64,000 nt of DNA from a virus (taxonomy: Duplodnaviria; Caudoviricetes). Below are positions 1-10,045 of the stretch, piece after piece. The DNA lies in IMG/VR virus record IMGVR_UViG_3300033075_001896, positions 27,918 through 91,917 of that record; one strand, 5' to 3'. The notes under the pieces were generated by a model. The model made no database searches and had not been told where the DNA came from. It was given only the letters and a program-made list of their open reading frames with translations. Both the position numbers and the translations under genes were made by a program. Numbering within the stretch: the stretch's first letter is position 1; each line of letters starts with the position of its first letter.

Positions 1-8
1 ACATCGCG

Positions 9-200
9 GTGGACGCGTCCGCGCGCGAGGTCGAGTGCGCCGCGTGCGGGGTGCTCCTCGACCCGTTCGCGGTGCTCGACCGCTTCGCGCGCGACGGGAC
101 GCTCCTGCGGAAGATGTACGTGGAGCAGTTCCGCTTGCAGGCGGAGCTCGTCGCGCTCCTCCAGAAGGTCACGCAGACGCGCGAGCGCATCGCGCGGTGA
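9..200 (+). CDS. Small Zn-ribbon phage protein (may be 5'-truncated by the window)
   Basis: CxxC (VECAACG..LDPF) followed by a short coiled coil. Confidence 0.5.
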   Translation: MDASAREVECAACGVLLDPFAVLDRFARDGTLLRKMYVEQFRLQAELVALLQKVTQTRERIAR

Positions 201-204
201 AGGG

Positions 205-915
205 GTGAACAGGATGTTCTCAGAACAGGTGCGCGCGGTGCTTCAGTCGCGCGAGCGTCGGCCCGACCCGTCGAAGCTCGACGTGCAGGGCCGCGAGGTC
301 CATCAAATTCGGCTGCACGCGGAGGACGCGTACCGCCACGCGCGCCTCGTCGGGTACGACGCGCGGCAGGCCGTCGTCACGACGCCGAGCGGGTGCCACG
401 CCTTCGAGGTCGTGCGCCTCGGGTGGAACCGCGTGATCGTCCACGGCGACCTCACGCCCGTGACGTTCCGCGCGGGGGGCGACGAGGTGTCGGTGTCGAT
501 CGCGGGGCTCGCGGCGGCGACGCTCCACTACGCCGAGGGCAAGGCCGAGGGCGACTGGCGCGTCTACAGCGCCGAGGCGTTTGCCGCGTACCTCGGTGAG
601 CTCCACGACGAGACCGAGGACATGGCGCGGCGCGCGGCGCTCTTCGAACTCCTCACGCTCGTGACGCGCGACGAGGCGGAGTCGGTGGTCATGGCCGAGG
701 CGTCCGCGATGGGGCTGGAGCTGCGCACGGCGCACACGGTCTACGACCCGTCCCTCGTGTGGGCGCACGAGGCCGCGAAGGTGGCGCACAAGCTCATCGC
801 CGAGGCGCGGTGGGCGGCGTTCACGCGCGACCCCTGCACGGAGCGGCTCGCGCTCTACAACGCAAGCGCGGCCGTGAGTCGGGTGATTCGGCGCAACGAG
901 CGGGAGGGCTGGTGA
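205..915 (+). CDS. Hypothetical phage protein
   Basis: GC3-rich codon usage; tightly coupled to neighbouring genes. Confidence 0.6.
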   Translation: MNRMFSEQVRAVLQSRERRPDPSKLDVQGREVHQIRLHAEDAYRHARLVGYDARQAVVTTPSGCHAFEVVRLGWNRVIVHGDLTPVTFRAGGDEVSVSIAGLAAATLHYAEGKAEGDWRVYSAEAFAAYLGELHDETEDMARRAALFELLTLVTRDEAESVVMAEASAMGLELRTAHTVYDPSLVWAHEAAKVAHKLIAEARWAAFTRDPCTERLALYNASAAVSRVIRRNEREGW

Positions 916-3486
916 ATGTGTAACAGGGTCAAGGAGCACGTCTACACGGTCTTCTTCGCGTTCGCGGGCATCGGCGGCGGCGCGCTCGGGTTCCAACAGG
1001 CGGCGGCCGCGCTGGAGAAGTTCGGGCTCAAGGGGCGCTTCCGCGTGATCGGCGCGTTCGACTTCGACGCGGGCGCCGCCGCGGACTTCGAGCGCCTCAC
1101 GGGCGTCCCGTGCGAGGTGGTCGACGTCCGCAAGCTCACCGTGAAACGGCTGCGCGCGCTCTGCCCGCGTCGGCCCGACGTGGTGTTCGGGAGTGCGCCC
1201 TGCAAAGGCGCGTCGCCGCTCCTCGGCAACGAGCTCGCCGAGACCGAGAAGTACCAGGAGATGAACGAGCTCATGCTCGTGTGGACGGAACTGATGCTCG
1301 CCGCGTGGGGGGACGACCCCCCGCTCCTCGTCATCAACGAGAACGTCCCGCGCCTGGCTTCGAGGGCCAAGGACACCGTGAAGGAGGTTGTGAAGCTCCA
1401 CCAGAAGCACGGCTATGTGGTGCACGCGGGGAGCCACGACTGCGGCGAGGTCGGCGGGCTCGCGCAGCACCGCGTGCGATTCCTTCTCGTGGCGCGGCTC
1501 GCGCGCAAGGTCACGTCGTTCCTCTACCAGCCCCCGAAGCAGCGCGTGCGGGGGTGCGGCGAGGTGATCGGGCCGCTCCCGCTCCCGTCGGACCCCGCGG
1601 GCGGCGACATGCACATCCTCACGGACATCTGCGTGACGAACTGGATCCGCCTCGCGTTGATCCCCCCGGGCGGGGACTGGCGGGACATCGAGGGGGCGCT
1701 CGCCGCCCACGAGGCGCGCAACGCCCACTGGTCGCGCTACCACACCGCGCGCTTCGACCTCGCGACGCCGGTCGTCGCGGGGAGCGGATCGAACGGGGCC
1801 TTTGGTGTGGGCGACGCGCGCGTGTCGCCGAGGGCCGCGACGGGCTTCGTCGCGTGCACGATCCCGGGCCTCGCGGACGATCGGCCGCTCGACGTGCGGC
1901 TCCCGGTGGACGCCTTCCCCCTGATGTACGGCGTCCGCGGGATGGCGCAGACGAGCGTGACGATCACCGGGAAGGCGTCGCCGTCGTGCGGCGCGTTCAC
2001 GCTCGCCGACGAGCGGGTCGCGGCCGAGGTGCGTCGCGTCACGCACGACCCCGACGCGCACCGCAACAAGTACACGGTGGCGTGCGCGGGCTCCGGCGCT
2101 CCCTCGGTCGAAGACCTCCGCGTGCCCGCGGGGACGTATCGCGGTGCGTATGGTGTGCTGCACCTCGGCGACGCCTCGGGCGCGATCACCTCCGCGGAGG
2201 GTCCGAGCATGGGGCGCTTCGCGGTGGCCGACGCGCGCGTCGCGTCTGCCGTCCGCGCGCACGCCTACCACTTCACCAACGAGCTCATGCTCCACGCATG
2301 GAGCCGATCGGCGCGCACGGTCACGGGGGCGACGCACCTCGGCAACGGCGCCGGGGCCGTCGAGGACGTGCGCGTGCCGGGGCACCGCTACGGGATGAAC
2401 TGGCGCGTCGAGGACGCAAGCGCGCCCGCGCACACGGTGATCGGCGTGACGGACATCCAAGCGGGCGCCCCGTCGTACCCGGACGTGCGCGTGCCGCCGA
2501 GCACGTTCCTGAGCTACGGCGTCCTCGCGTTCACGATGTCCACGGGGGCGATCACCGGGAACCACGCGCCGGGGGGCGGGTCGTTCTCGGTCGTGGACGT
2601 CCGCCTCACGTGCGAGGTGCGCGAGAACTCGGGCGCGTACGGCGTGCTCTCGCCAACGCGCCCGGCCTACACGATCACCGCGTGGGGGGACATCAACAAC
2701 GGGCGCTTCGCGTTCGCCGACACGCGCGACCTCGGCGCCGTCGACGGCCGTCGGGACGTGGCGGTGATCCTCGTGGGGATGCTCGCGCCCGAGGCCCCGG
2801 ACTTCGCCGCCGACGTGGAGGCTCGCGTCGAGCTCACCACGGCGCCCGCCCCCGAGGCCCCGAAGAAGCGGGGGCGCAGGCGCGTGCGTCGCGTCGCCGC
2901 GCCGTGCGGTCGTGTGCGCCGTCGGGGCGGTCGCGGCGCACTCTTCGAAGGTGTCGCGCTCGTCGCCGACCCGCGCGTGCCGCGGAACCCCTCGCTCGCC
3001 GTGCGGTTCTGGGCTACGCGCCTCGACCAGCCGCCGCTCTTCGTCCCGGTGCTCGCGACGCCCTCGGGCTACTGGCACCGCCCCCTGACGGTCTGGGAGC
3101 GATTCGCGCTCCAGGGCTTCCCGCTCTACGACGGGGACGGCCGCGCGATCGTGCTCTCGGGGACGACGATCTCGGACTGGTCGGAGCGTATCGGCAACGC
3201 GGTTCCGCCCCCGACCGCGAAGGCCGTCGCGGAGCAGATGCTCTTGACGCTCCTGCACGCCGAGGCCGGGGTGTTCGTCCTGTCGAGCGGGGGCGGGGCC
3301 TGGGTGCAGCCTGGACGCGCGCCGCGGTGGATGCGCGTCCTCGGCGTCCTTGACCTCATTCCGCGCGCGAAGCGGGCGTCGAAGAAACACGCGGCGCGGT
3401 GCGGGTCCTTCGCGCCGATCGAACCGGGCGACCCGTGGGCGTCGCTGGTGACACCGGGCCTGCCGCAGGGGGCCGCGCTCCAATGA
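916..3486 (+). CDS. DNA cytosine-5 methyltransferase, long phage type with repeat insertion
   Basis: Motif I FAGIGG, motif IV SAPC, motif VI ENV, motif VIII QHRVR, C-terminal RFALQGFP and IGNAVPP. Confidence 0.92.
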   Translation: MCNRVKEHVYTVFFAFAGIGGGALGFQQAAAALEKFGLKGRFRVIGAFDFDAGAAADFERLTGVPCEVVDVRKLTVKRLRALCPRRPDVVFGSAPCKGASPLLGNELAETEKYQEMNELMLVWTELMLAAWGDDPPLLVINENVPRLASRAKDTVKEVVKLHQKHGYVVHAGSHDCGEVGGLAQHRVRFLLVARLARKVTSFLYQPPKQRVRGCGEVIGPLPLPSDPAGGDMHILTDICVTNWIRLALIPPGGDWRDIEGALAAHEARNAHWSRYHTARFDLATPVVAGSGSNGAFGVGDARVSPRAATGFVACTIPGLADDRPLDVRLPVDAFPLMYGVRGMAQTSVTITGKASPSCGAFTLADERVAAEVRRVTHDPDAHRNKYTVACAGSGAPSVEDLRVPAGTYRGAYGVLHLGDASGAITSAEGPSMGRFAVADARVASAVRAHAYHFTNELMLHAWSRSARTVTGATHLGNGAGAVEDVRVPGHRYGMNWRVEDASAPAHTVIGVTDIQAGAPSYPDVRVPPSTFLSYGVLAFTMSTGAITGNHAPGGGSFSVVDVRLTCEVRENSGAYGVLSPTRPAYTITAWGDINNGRFAFADTRDLGAVDGRRDVAVILVGMLAPEAPDFAADVEARVELTTAPAPEAPKKRGRRRVRRVAAPCGRVRRRGGRGALFEGVALVADPRVPRNPSLAVRFWATRLDQPPLFVPVLATPSGYWHRPLTVWERFALQGFPLYDGDGRAIVLSGTTISDWSERIGNAVPPPTAKAVAEQMLLTLLHAEAGVFVLSSGGGAWVQPGRAPRWMRVLGVLDLIPRAKRASKKHAARCGSFAPIEPGDPWASLVTPGLPQGAALQ

Positions 3487-3956
3487 GCTTCACGGGCACC
3501 CGAGAGGGCGTGTTCATCGTCGCCCGCGCCTGCGCCTTCGAGGGCTGCGAGGCGGTGCACGTCGCCCGCGTCCCGTTCGCCAACCGCTTCAACGCCCGCG
3601 CCTCGACCGTGCGGACGTTCGTGCGGATGCAGGCCGCCGCGGATTTGAAGCGCGACGGGTGGGCGGCGCGCGAGGAGCACTCATACGCGCTCGACCCCGA
3701 ACCGCCCGTCTGGTGCGTCGAGCACAAAGCGTTCGCCCGCACGCCCCACGAGTGGCCCACGGTCGACCAGCTCGTCGCGCACCTCGCCCACGGCGGCGTC
3801 TGGCAGGTGAAGACGCCCGCGGGGGCGTTCCGCGTCTTCACGCGCGTGCACAACGGCGTCCCCGAGATCCGCCGCGAGAACCGCTCCGAGTGGGACGTCT
3901 ACGGGCTCTACATCGCCCGCCGCGAAGTCACGATCGAGCCGGAGTACCGGCCGTGA
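3483..3956 (+). CDS. Hypothetical protein
   Basis: ATGA overlap with the methyltransferase stop; start MSFTGTREG. Confidence 0.55.
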   Translation: MSFTGTREGVFIVARACAFEGCEAVHVARVPFANRFNARASTVRTFVRMQAAADLKRDGWAAREEHSYALDPEPPVWCVEHKAFARTPHEWPTVDQLVAHLAHGGVWQVKTPAGAFRVFTRVHNGVPEIRRENRSEWDVYGLYIARREVTIEPEYRP

Positions 3957-4126
3957 GCGCGCCCGTCTTCACGCCGCGGGCGACCGGCCGCCACACGCAC
4001 CACTGTACGAAGTGCGGCCTCGCGCGCATCTGCGCGAAGCGGGGCTGCTTCCTGAGCGTGAGAGCGAGCGCGCGGCGGGAGCGGCCCGTGGTGCTCGACC
4101 TCTGCGCGCGGTGCGCCGATGGTTGA
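3953..4126 (+). CDS. Small Cys-rich protein
   Basis: GTGA overlap; HHCTKCG...C...C...CARC. Confidence 0.45.
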   Translation: MSAPVFTPRATGRHTHHCTKCGLARICAKRGCFLSVRASARRERPVVLDLCARCADG

Positions 4127-4682
4127 GCGGATCTACCTCGGGCCGAAGGCGAGCGTCGAGGCCATGCTCCGCGGCGCCCTCGACGAGGTCGTGCGGTGGC
4201 TCGCGCGCGCGCCACGCCTCGACCTCCACGCCGTCGACCTCACCGATCCCGTCCTTCACCCCGCGGCGCTGCTCTTCCACACGTCCCTCGCGCTCGAAGG
4301 GGTGGGGCCGCTCCTCGATGTCGTCGAGCAAATCCTCAAGACGGAGATCACGCTCCTCGCCCGCGCGATGGAGCCCCAGGTCCGCGGGATCGGCGCGCAC
4401 GAGGCCCACGACCACGCGATGGTCACGGCGCTCACCCGCGCGCGCTACCGGTGGGCGTGGCACGTCCACGGCGCGGTCGGGACCTGGCGCGCGGCGTACG
4501 ACCTCGCGGTGAAGGAGGAGGGGTCGCGGGGCGTGCGGGACCGCGTGCGGACGAAGCTCATCGCCCTGGTCGGAGACCTCGACAACGCGCAGGTGCAACT
4601 CGGGGCCCTCATGGCCCCGATGCGCGAGGCCGCCGCGCGGCTCAAGGCGTCGGCGGCGGAGGAGGAGCCATGCTCGACGTGA
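4119..4682 (+). CDS. Hypothetical protein
   Basis: Coding-like composition; overlaps neighbours in an operon. Confidence 0.55.
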   Translation: MVERIYLGPKASVEAMLRGALDEVVRWLARAPRLDLHAVDLTDPVLHPAALLFHTSLALEGVGPLLDVVEQILKTEITLLARAMEPQVRGIGAHEAHDHAMVTALTRARYRWAWHVHGAVGTWRAAYDLAVKEEGSRGVRDRVRTKLIALVGDLDNAQVQLGALMAPMREAAARLKASAAEEEPCST

Positions 4683-4915
4683 CGAATCCGATCTGGAAGC
4701 GCCTGCCGACCGAGGTCCGCCGCGCGGTCCTCGACGTGGTGATGTCGATGGCGGCGAACGACGAGGTGGCCCTCTTCACCTACGAGGGCAAACCGCGCGT
4801 GCTCCTGCCGCTCGTGCCGACGCCCGAACAGCGTGAACGCCTCGAACGCGTCGGGTTCAGCGACCGTCACGCGCCGAGCGCGAAACGCGCGTTCCTCTAC
4901 GCGCCGAAGACGTAG
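4670..4915 (+). CDS. Hypothetical protein
   Basis: GGAGGAG Shine-Dalgarno before MLDVTNPIW. Confidence 0.55.
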   Translation: MLDVTNPIWKRLPTEVRRAVLDVVMSMAANDEVALFTYEGKPRVLLPLVPTPEQRERLERVGFSDRHAPSAKRAFLYAPKT

Positions 4916-4918
4916 CAC

Positions 4919-4934
4919 TGGCCCCGCGCGTGCA
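4919..4934 (+). promoter_or_regulatory. Putative sigma54 -24/-12 promoter
   Basis: TGGCCCCGCGCGTGCA (GG-N10-GC), 14 nt before ATG 4948. Confidence 0.5.
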
Positions 4935-4947
4935 ACACACCGCGGGC

Positions 4948-6081
4948 ATGGACGACCCCTCTCCCCAGGCCGGAACGTCGGCCGACGATCTTCGCGCGCT
5001 CGAAGCGCTCGACCTCCCACATCTCCGCGCCTTCGCGTCGGATCTCATCCACGAGAACCGACGTCTGCGGCTGATCCAGAAGACGCTCGCCAAGGCGGGC
5101 GTCGGGACGGGCGCCGTGGTCGAGCTCTACAGCAACGAGCGCTTCGGCGAGCACTACTTCGGCTTCGTGATCTGTCGCGCCGACCGAGACGAGGTGGCTT
5201 TCTGCGGCGACGTGCGCGAGGCCATCGACCGCCACCTCGGGCCGGTGCTCGTCGCGATGAACCAGAAGCTCCTCGGGACGAGCGCCGTCGATCGAAAGCG
5301 GGCGCCCGAGACCCCCGAGGACCGCGCGGCCCTCGCGACCGCGATCTACGAGGCGCTCGTCGAGAGCGGCGAGATCGAGCACTCGCTCCAGGCGTGCGCG
5401 AACGAGGACTTCTGCGTGCTCTACGGGTACGGGGCGCACCTCGACGCGCTCGTGTCGAACGTCGTCGAGGTCGCCAGCACCTACACGGCCTTCGCCGTCC
5501 GCCGGAGCTACCTCGCGGAGCAGCTCCAGCGCGTCGGTCGGACGGGCGACGCCGAGCTCGTGCGGCGCGTGGTGCCCTCGGACGGCGATCGGGGCCTGCG
5601 AAGCGCGGCGGCGCGGCTCCTCGTCTGTGAGCTCGGCGGGGAGCTGGAGGTGCAGTGGCACGGCGGGCTCGCGGACTCGACCCACGCGGCGACGGTGCGC
5701 GGTGCAGACCACGGCGCGCAGGTGAAGGCCGCGCTCGACGCCTTCCACGCCACGCCGTCGTTCGTCCGCGCTTCCTTCTGGAAGCGCGCCGACGAGGCGT
5801 CATGCGTGGGCGACGCGTCGTGCGTGGTCTTCGGCGCCGGGGCGCACCTTCAGGTCATCTGGCCTGGGGCGTTTGCGCGGCCCGAAGAGTACGAGTGTTT
5901 CGCGTGGTTGGAGCGCGAAGTCGCGTCGTGCTTCGAACTCGCCGATCGCCCCGAAGCGGCGAAGCTCGTGCGCACCGGACCTTCGACGCCGAGGCCCGAG
6001 GGCGCGCGCAAGCTCGTGATCGTGACCGAGGGCGCGGTGGCGGTGTTCTGGTGGAACGGGACGGAGGTCGTAGCTCAATGA
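4948..6081 (+). CDS. Hypothetical protein
   Basis: Long ORF with coding-like bias; start MDDPSPQAG. Confidence 0.6.
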   Translation: MDDPSPQAGTSADDLRALEALDLPHLRAFASDLIHENRRLRLIQKTLAKAGVGTGAVVELYSNERFGEHYFGFVICRADRDEVAFCGDVREAIDRHLGPVLVAMNQKLLGTSAVDRKRAPETPEDRAALATAIYEALVESGEIEHSLQACANEDFCVLYGYGAHLDALVSNVVEVASTYTAFAVRRSYLAEQLQRVGRTGDAELVRRVVPSDGDRGLRSAAARLLVCELGGELEVQWHGGLADSTHAATVRGADHGAQVKAALDAFHATPSFVRASFWKRADEASCVGDASCVVFGAGAHLQVIWPGAFARPEEYECFAWLEREVASCFELADRPEAAKLVRTGPSTPRPEGARKLVIVTEGAVAVFWWNGTEVVAQ

Positions 6082-7577
6082 GCGAGCACACCCCCGACAC
6101 CACGCCCGAGGCGGGCGCCGACGATCCGCTCGCCGCCCTCCGCGCCGAGCGCGACCACTACTTCGAAGGCTTCGAGGCCCTGCGCCGCGGCACTCAGGCG
6201 CTCCTCGACGCCGTGAAGGCGCGCGACTGGCTCAAGGCGACGGTCGTCGCGGCGGAGATGACCGAGACCGAGGTCGCCCGAAAGCGCCTCGTGCTCGACC
6301 GCGACGGGACGATCCACGCGACCGGGTGGGCGGTCGATCTCCTCTCGCAGAGCCTCTACGAATGGCTCGACGCGCTCGGCGCCGAGAACAACTGCCAGTG
6401 GCGCATCTCGAACAAGACCGACCCGCAGGGCCGCGAGCTCACCGTCACCGCGCAGTGGTCGCACGGCCAGACGCCCATGGAGATGCGCGCCGCGGCCCTG
6501 GCCGAAGTCGAGCGGCTGCGCGCGGCGCTCGCCGAGGCCGAGAAGCGCCATCAGGAGCACGGGGCGTTCATCCAGCTCGGCGGCTTCCGCGTCGGGATCG
6601 ACACAGCCGCGGCGTGGCTCGACCAGCGCGCGGCCGCCCTCGACGAGCGCCGCGCGCACCTCGAACCGAACCCGAACGGGTTCCCCGCGGACATCCACCA
6701 CAACCTCGTGGAGGACTTCCGCGAGAGCGCCGCGCAGGCCCGCCTCGACGCGCAGACGATCCGCGACCTCCCGCCGCCCGCGTCCTTCCCCGACGCGGCG
6801 CTCCTGGCCGACGCGCGGCTCCGCGCGCAACACGACGAGCAGGTGAATGAGCTCCGCGCGCAGCGCGACGCGAGCCACCGCCGCGAGGAGTCTTTGCGTC
6901 GGGCGTCGGAGGGGAGCACGGTGCCCCCCGCGGGGTGGGAGGTCGCGGCGCTCGACATGGATGGCGGCGCATTCGTGATCTGCACGGCGCCGGTCCCCGC
7001 GGCGTCGCGCGAGGTTCCGCTCACGGCGCCGAACCTCCGCCGCACGCTGGAGCTGGCGCACTACCACCGGACGCACGCCGACTGCGGCTTCCGCTGGCTC
7101 GCGGTCGATCGGAAGGGGCGCGCGATCGAGCGGCCCGAGGTGCGCCGCGGCGTGGTGATGCTCGTGGAGCGCGACGGCCGCTTCGCGGCGATCCACTCGG
7201 CCAAGCACGGGGGCGCGGTCGAGCTCCCGGGGGGCAAGCTGCACGACGGGGAGCCGCCCGCCGAGGCCGCGATGCGCGAGGCGCGCGAAGAGGTCGGGCT
7301 GGCGGTGAACGTCCTCCAGGGCCTCGGGGACTTCCTCCACAAGCACGAGGGCACGTGGTGGTGCGCGCACGCCTTCGTCGCCGTCGGGGCCGAGGGCGAT
7401 CTCGTCGGGAGCGCGGAGGGCGAGGCGCTCTGGGCCACCCGCGAAGAGCTCCTCGGGGGCACCTACGGCGAGGTCGTTGCGCGCATCCTCGCGACGTACG
7501 ACCGGCTGATGGAGACCCTGCGCAAGGCGGTCGAGGTGCGCGTCGAAGACGCGACCGCGGAGCCGTCCCGTGACTGA
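6078..7577 (+). CDS. Multidomain protein with C-terminal Nudix hydrolase
   Basis: Nudix box GGKLHDGEPPAEAAMREAREEVG; ATGA overlap start MSEHTPD. Confidence 0.8.
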   Translation: MSEHTPDTTPEAGADDPLAALRAERDHYFEGFEALRRGTQALLDAVKARDWLKATVVAAEMTETEVARKRLVLDRDGTIHATGWAVDLLSQSLYEWLDALGAENNCQWRISNKTDPQGRELTVTAQWSHGQTPMEMRAAALAEVERLRAALAEAEKRHQEHGAFIQLGGFRVGIDTAAAWLDQRAAALDERRAHLEPNPNGFPADIHHNLVEDFRESAAQARLDAQTIRDLPPPASFPDAALLADARLRAQHDEQVNELRAQRDASHRREESLRRASEGSTVPPAGWEVAALDMDGGAFVICTAPVPAASREVPLTAPNLRRTLELAHYHRTHADCGFRWLAVDRKGRAIERPEVRRGVVMLVERDGRFAAIHSAKHGGAVELPGGKLHDGEPPAEAAMREAREEVGLAVNVLQGLGDFLHKHEGTWWCAHAFVAVGAEGDLVGSAEGEALWATREELLGGTYGEVVARILATYDRLMETLRKAVEVRVEDATAEPSRD

Positions 7578-7845
7578 GCTCGACCGTCTGCTCCAGGGGA
7601 GCCGCGTGTCCGCGGACGATCAGGCGAAGCTCCGCCACACCGTCGCGGTGATCGAAGGGGGCGGCACCTACGCCGAGGCCCGCGAGGCGGCGGGTCTGTC
7701 CGTCGGCCAGGCCGCGCAGGTGACCGCGATCGACCGTGCCCGTCTGCGCGCGATCGAGGCGGGCGACGCCACGCCCACCGACGCCGAGTTCGCGCGGCTG
7801 CGTGAGACCTACGACGTGGCGGGGTTCGCGGGGGCGACGCGGTGA
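7570..7845 (+). CDS. XRE-family HTH protein
   Basis: AREAAGLSVGQAA...IDRARLRAIEAG pattern. Confidence 0.75.
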   Translation: MTELDRLLQGSRVSADDQAKLRHTVAVIEGGGTYAEAREAAGLSVGQAAQVTAIDRARLRAIEAGDATPTDAEFARLRETYDVAGFAGATR

Positions 7846-8810
7846 GGGCCGTCGCGCCGAAGGGCGCCGACGCCGACGAGCGGGCGCTCCGCCGTGACCT
7901 CGTGCGCATCCTCGCGGCCACGTCCGCCAACTTCTACACGAAGGAGCCGGAGGGGGATCGGCTGCACCGGGATCGGTGGCGCGAGCGCATCCGTCGGACG
8001 AAGGACGTGTGGAACCTCCGCTACATGCCGAAGGCCATCCACCTCGCGAATCACCACCCGGTGCCGTGGGCGCCCGACGCCGCGACGCGCTGGCCCGCCC
8101 TCGTTTCCGTGCTCAACGCGCTGCGCGACAGCCGCGGCGAGGTCGGCGTGGCGTGGGAGGCCCTCTTCGCGCGCGAGGTCCTGCCCGCGTCGTGGTTCGA
8201 GGACCCCGGCCGTCGGTTCTGGTGCGCGGGCTGCGACGGGACGGGGGACGGCATCTGGCGCGACGCGCAGATGTTGGCGTGCCCGTGCGCGGGCCTGCAC
8301 CGCGTCGAGCCGCGCACGTTCCTCGACCTCGTGTCGTGGGCGAGTCTCGGGAAGGACACGATCGGGCGGGCCGAGGAGACGGCCCGCGAGGCGTCGCGTC
8401 GAATCCTCCGCTGGGGGATCGGCTCGACGGCGCAATCGATCGTGTGGCGTGTCGCCCACCCGTCCGAGCTCTATGCCGCCACGACCCCGCCGCACGTCGT
8501 GGGCTACGACAAATTCGCCCGTGGCGTGCGCCTGTCTCCAATCGCGTGCGAGATCGGCGCCCCCGCCAAACGATTCATCCGGTGGGACGACGCCTACCTC
8601 GAAGCCGTGAATCGCACGTGGAGTAAAGCGCAACGCGGCTTCGGATGGTACTGCGGCATCGTGGCGGGCTACTGCGCGTGTTGGCACGACGAGCGCCCGA
8701 ACCCCTACGTGCCGATGCGCGAACTCCTCGACCTCGGCGTGGTGCTCGACGCAATCACCGACGTCGCGATCGTCCTCTCCCTCGCGCCCATCGGAGGCCC
8801 CCGTGCCTGA
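7842..8810 (+). CDS. Hypothetical protein with Zn-finger-like CxxC motifs
   Basis: CAGCDGTG...CPC; operon overlap. Confidence 0.55.
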   Translation: MRAVAPKGADADERALRRDLVRILAATSANFYTKEPEGDRLHRDRWRERIRRTKDVWNLRYMPKAIHLANHHPVPWAPDAATRWPALVSVLNALRDSRGEVGVAWEALFAREVLPASWFEDPGRRFWCAGCDGTGDGIWRDAQMLACPCAGLHRVEPRTFLDLVSWASLGKDTIGRAEETAREASRRILRWGIGSTAQSIVWRVAHPSELYAATTPPHVVGYDKFARGVRLSPIACEIGAPAKRFIRWDDAYLEAVNRTWSKAQRGFGWYCGIVAGYCACWHDERPNPYVPMRELLDLGVVLDAITDVAIVLSLAPIGGPRA

Positions 8811-9363
8811 TCGTGTGCTGCTGATTGCGGGGGCCGTCGCGCTCGGCGACACGCCCCGCGCGCGCCAGTGGGCGCACTTGAAGATCGCCGAGACGATGGC
8901 GTGGCTCCTCGACGGCGACGCGCCCCTTCTCGTCCACGGCGGGTGCACCGACCCGCAGCGCGCGCCCCCGCGCGACAACGTGGACTGGTGGGCCGACGCC
9001 ATCGCCCGTGCGGCGGGCGTCACGCGCCACATCTACATGGCGAAGGGCCTCGTGTGGGTGTGTCGGCCGCCACGGTTCAAACCGGAGCCTTCGTGTTGGA
9101 AGGACGGCGACGCGCCCGACCCGAAGGCCCGCAACGTGCAGATGGTGACCGCCGTGAGCGGGGCGCTTCGCGCGATGGAAAAGGACCTCGGCGTGCCCGC
9201 CGCGGAGCTCGGTCACGCGGTGCGGGTCGTCGGCCTGCGCGCGCCGTGGTCGCAGCGCAACGGCACGGCGCACCTCCTCGGTCGCGCGCGCCGCGCGCAG
9301 CTCCCGCGCATCGACGAACACCTGTGCCCCGAAGCCTACGGGCCCTCGGGGGGAGAGTCGTAG
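8803..9363 (+). CDS. SLOG/YspA-like (DUF2493-like) nucleotide-binding protein
   Basis: VLLIAG...LVHGG...VDWWA...RNxxMV...GTAHLLGRARRA matches the SLOG pattern. Confidence 0.55.
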   Translation: MPDRVLLIAGAVALGDTPRARQWAHLKIAETMAWLLDGDAPLLVHGGCTDPQRAPPRDNVDWWADAIARAAGVTRHIYMAKGLVWVCRPPRFKPEPSCWKDGDAPDPKARNVQMVTAVSGALRAMEKDLGVPAAELGHAVRVVGLRAPWSQRNGTAHLLGRARRAQLPRIDEHLCPEAYGPSGGES

Positions 9364-9366
9364 AGA

Positions 9367-9894
9367 ATGAAGCTCAGTGTTGAAGAAGAGCAGGAGCTGC
9401 GACGGCTCCTCGCGCGCTTCCCAACCACCCGCGCGGGGGAGCGGGAGTTCGCCCTCGCGCTGCACACGATGACCGTCGCGGCGCGCGGGTACGTGCGCTT
9501 CTACCTCGACCTCTCGGGGTACGCGCTCCAGCGGATCGAGCGGTGCGCGATCGAAGGGGCGAAGGCGCCCGACCCGGGGGCCGTGGGCGCCGTCATCGAG
9601 TGGCGGCTGATCCGCCACTTCAAGTCCGTCGCGCAGCTCGCGCTCGCCGAGGTCTCGGCGCTCAAGGCCGTGCAGCACTTCGTCTACGCGGTGCGCACCG
9701 AGGACTACGCGACGCGCGCGGACAACGTGCTCGACGCGATCGAGCACTGGCAGGAGGCCGCGGCGAACGACGCGATCGAGCACCAGAATCTCCCCGAGAA
9801 CGAGGCCGAGGCGCGGGGTCGCGTCTTCCGCCTCGCGGCCGGGCTCCTCGCGGGGCACGCCGAGACGGCCCTCGTGGAGGCGCTCCGTGGGTAG
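9367..9894 (+). CDS. Hypothetical helical protein
   Basis: Coding-like ORF within the operon. Confidence 0.55.
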   Translation: MKLSVEEEQELRRLLARFPTTRAGEREFALALHTMTVAARGYVRFYLDLSGYALQRIERCAIEGAKAPDPGAVGAVIEWRLIRHFKSVAQLALAEVSALKAVQHFVYAVRTEDYATRADNVLDAIEHWQEAAANDAIEHQNLPENEAEARGRVFRLAAGLLAGHAETALVEALRG

Positions 9895-10045
9895 CCCCGC
9901 CCGCGCCCTCCCCCCGGCGACCGTTCGCCCCGCGAACGACACCGCGCCGCCCGCGGTCGATCCCGCGCTCCTGCCGACCCTCGACGCGCTCGCGCACCTT
10001 CTCGTAGCGAATTTGAAGCGTGATCGGGCAAAGTCGCGCCCATGA
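9887..10045 (+). CDS. Small 52-aa ORF coupled to the integrase (possible directionality factor)
   Basis: Read from sequence: MGSPARALPP...LDALAHLLVANLKRDRAKSRP; GGAGG upstream; TGA overlaps the integrase ATG. Confidence 0.45.
   Translation: MGSPARALPPATVRPANDTAPPAVDPALLPTLDALAHLLVANLKRDRAKSRP

Noticed and set aside
220-3483. Very long antisense or alternate-frame ORFs (e.g. 220-3483, 8755-11574, 39582-42089, 46253-49201)
   Set aside because: Arg/Gly/Pro-rich shadows of real genes caused by high GC; no motifs
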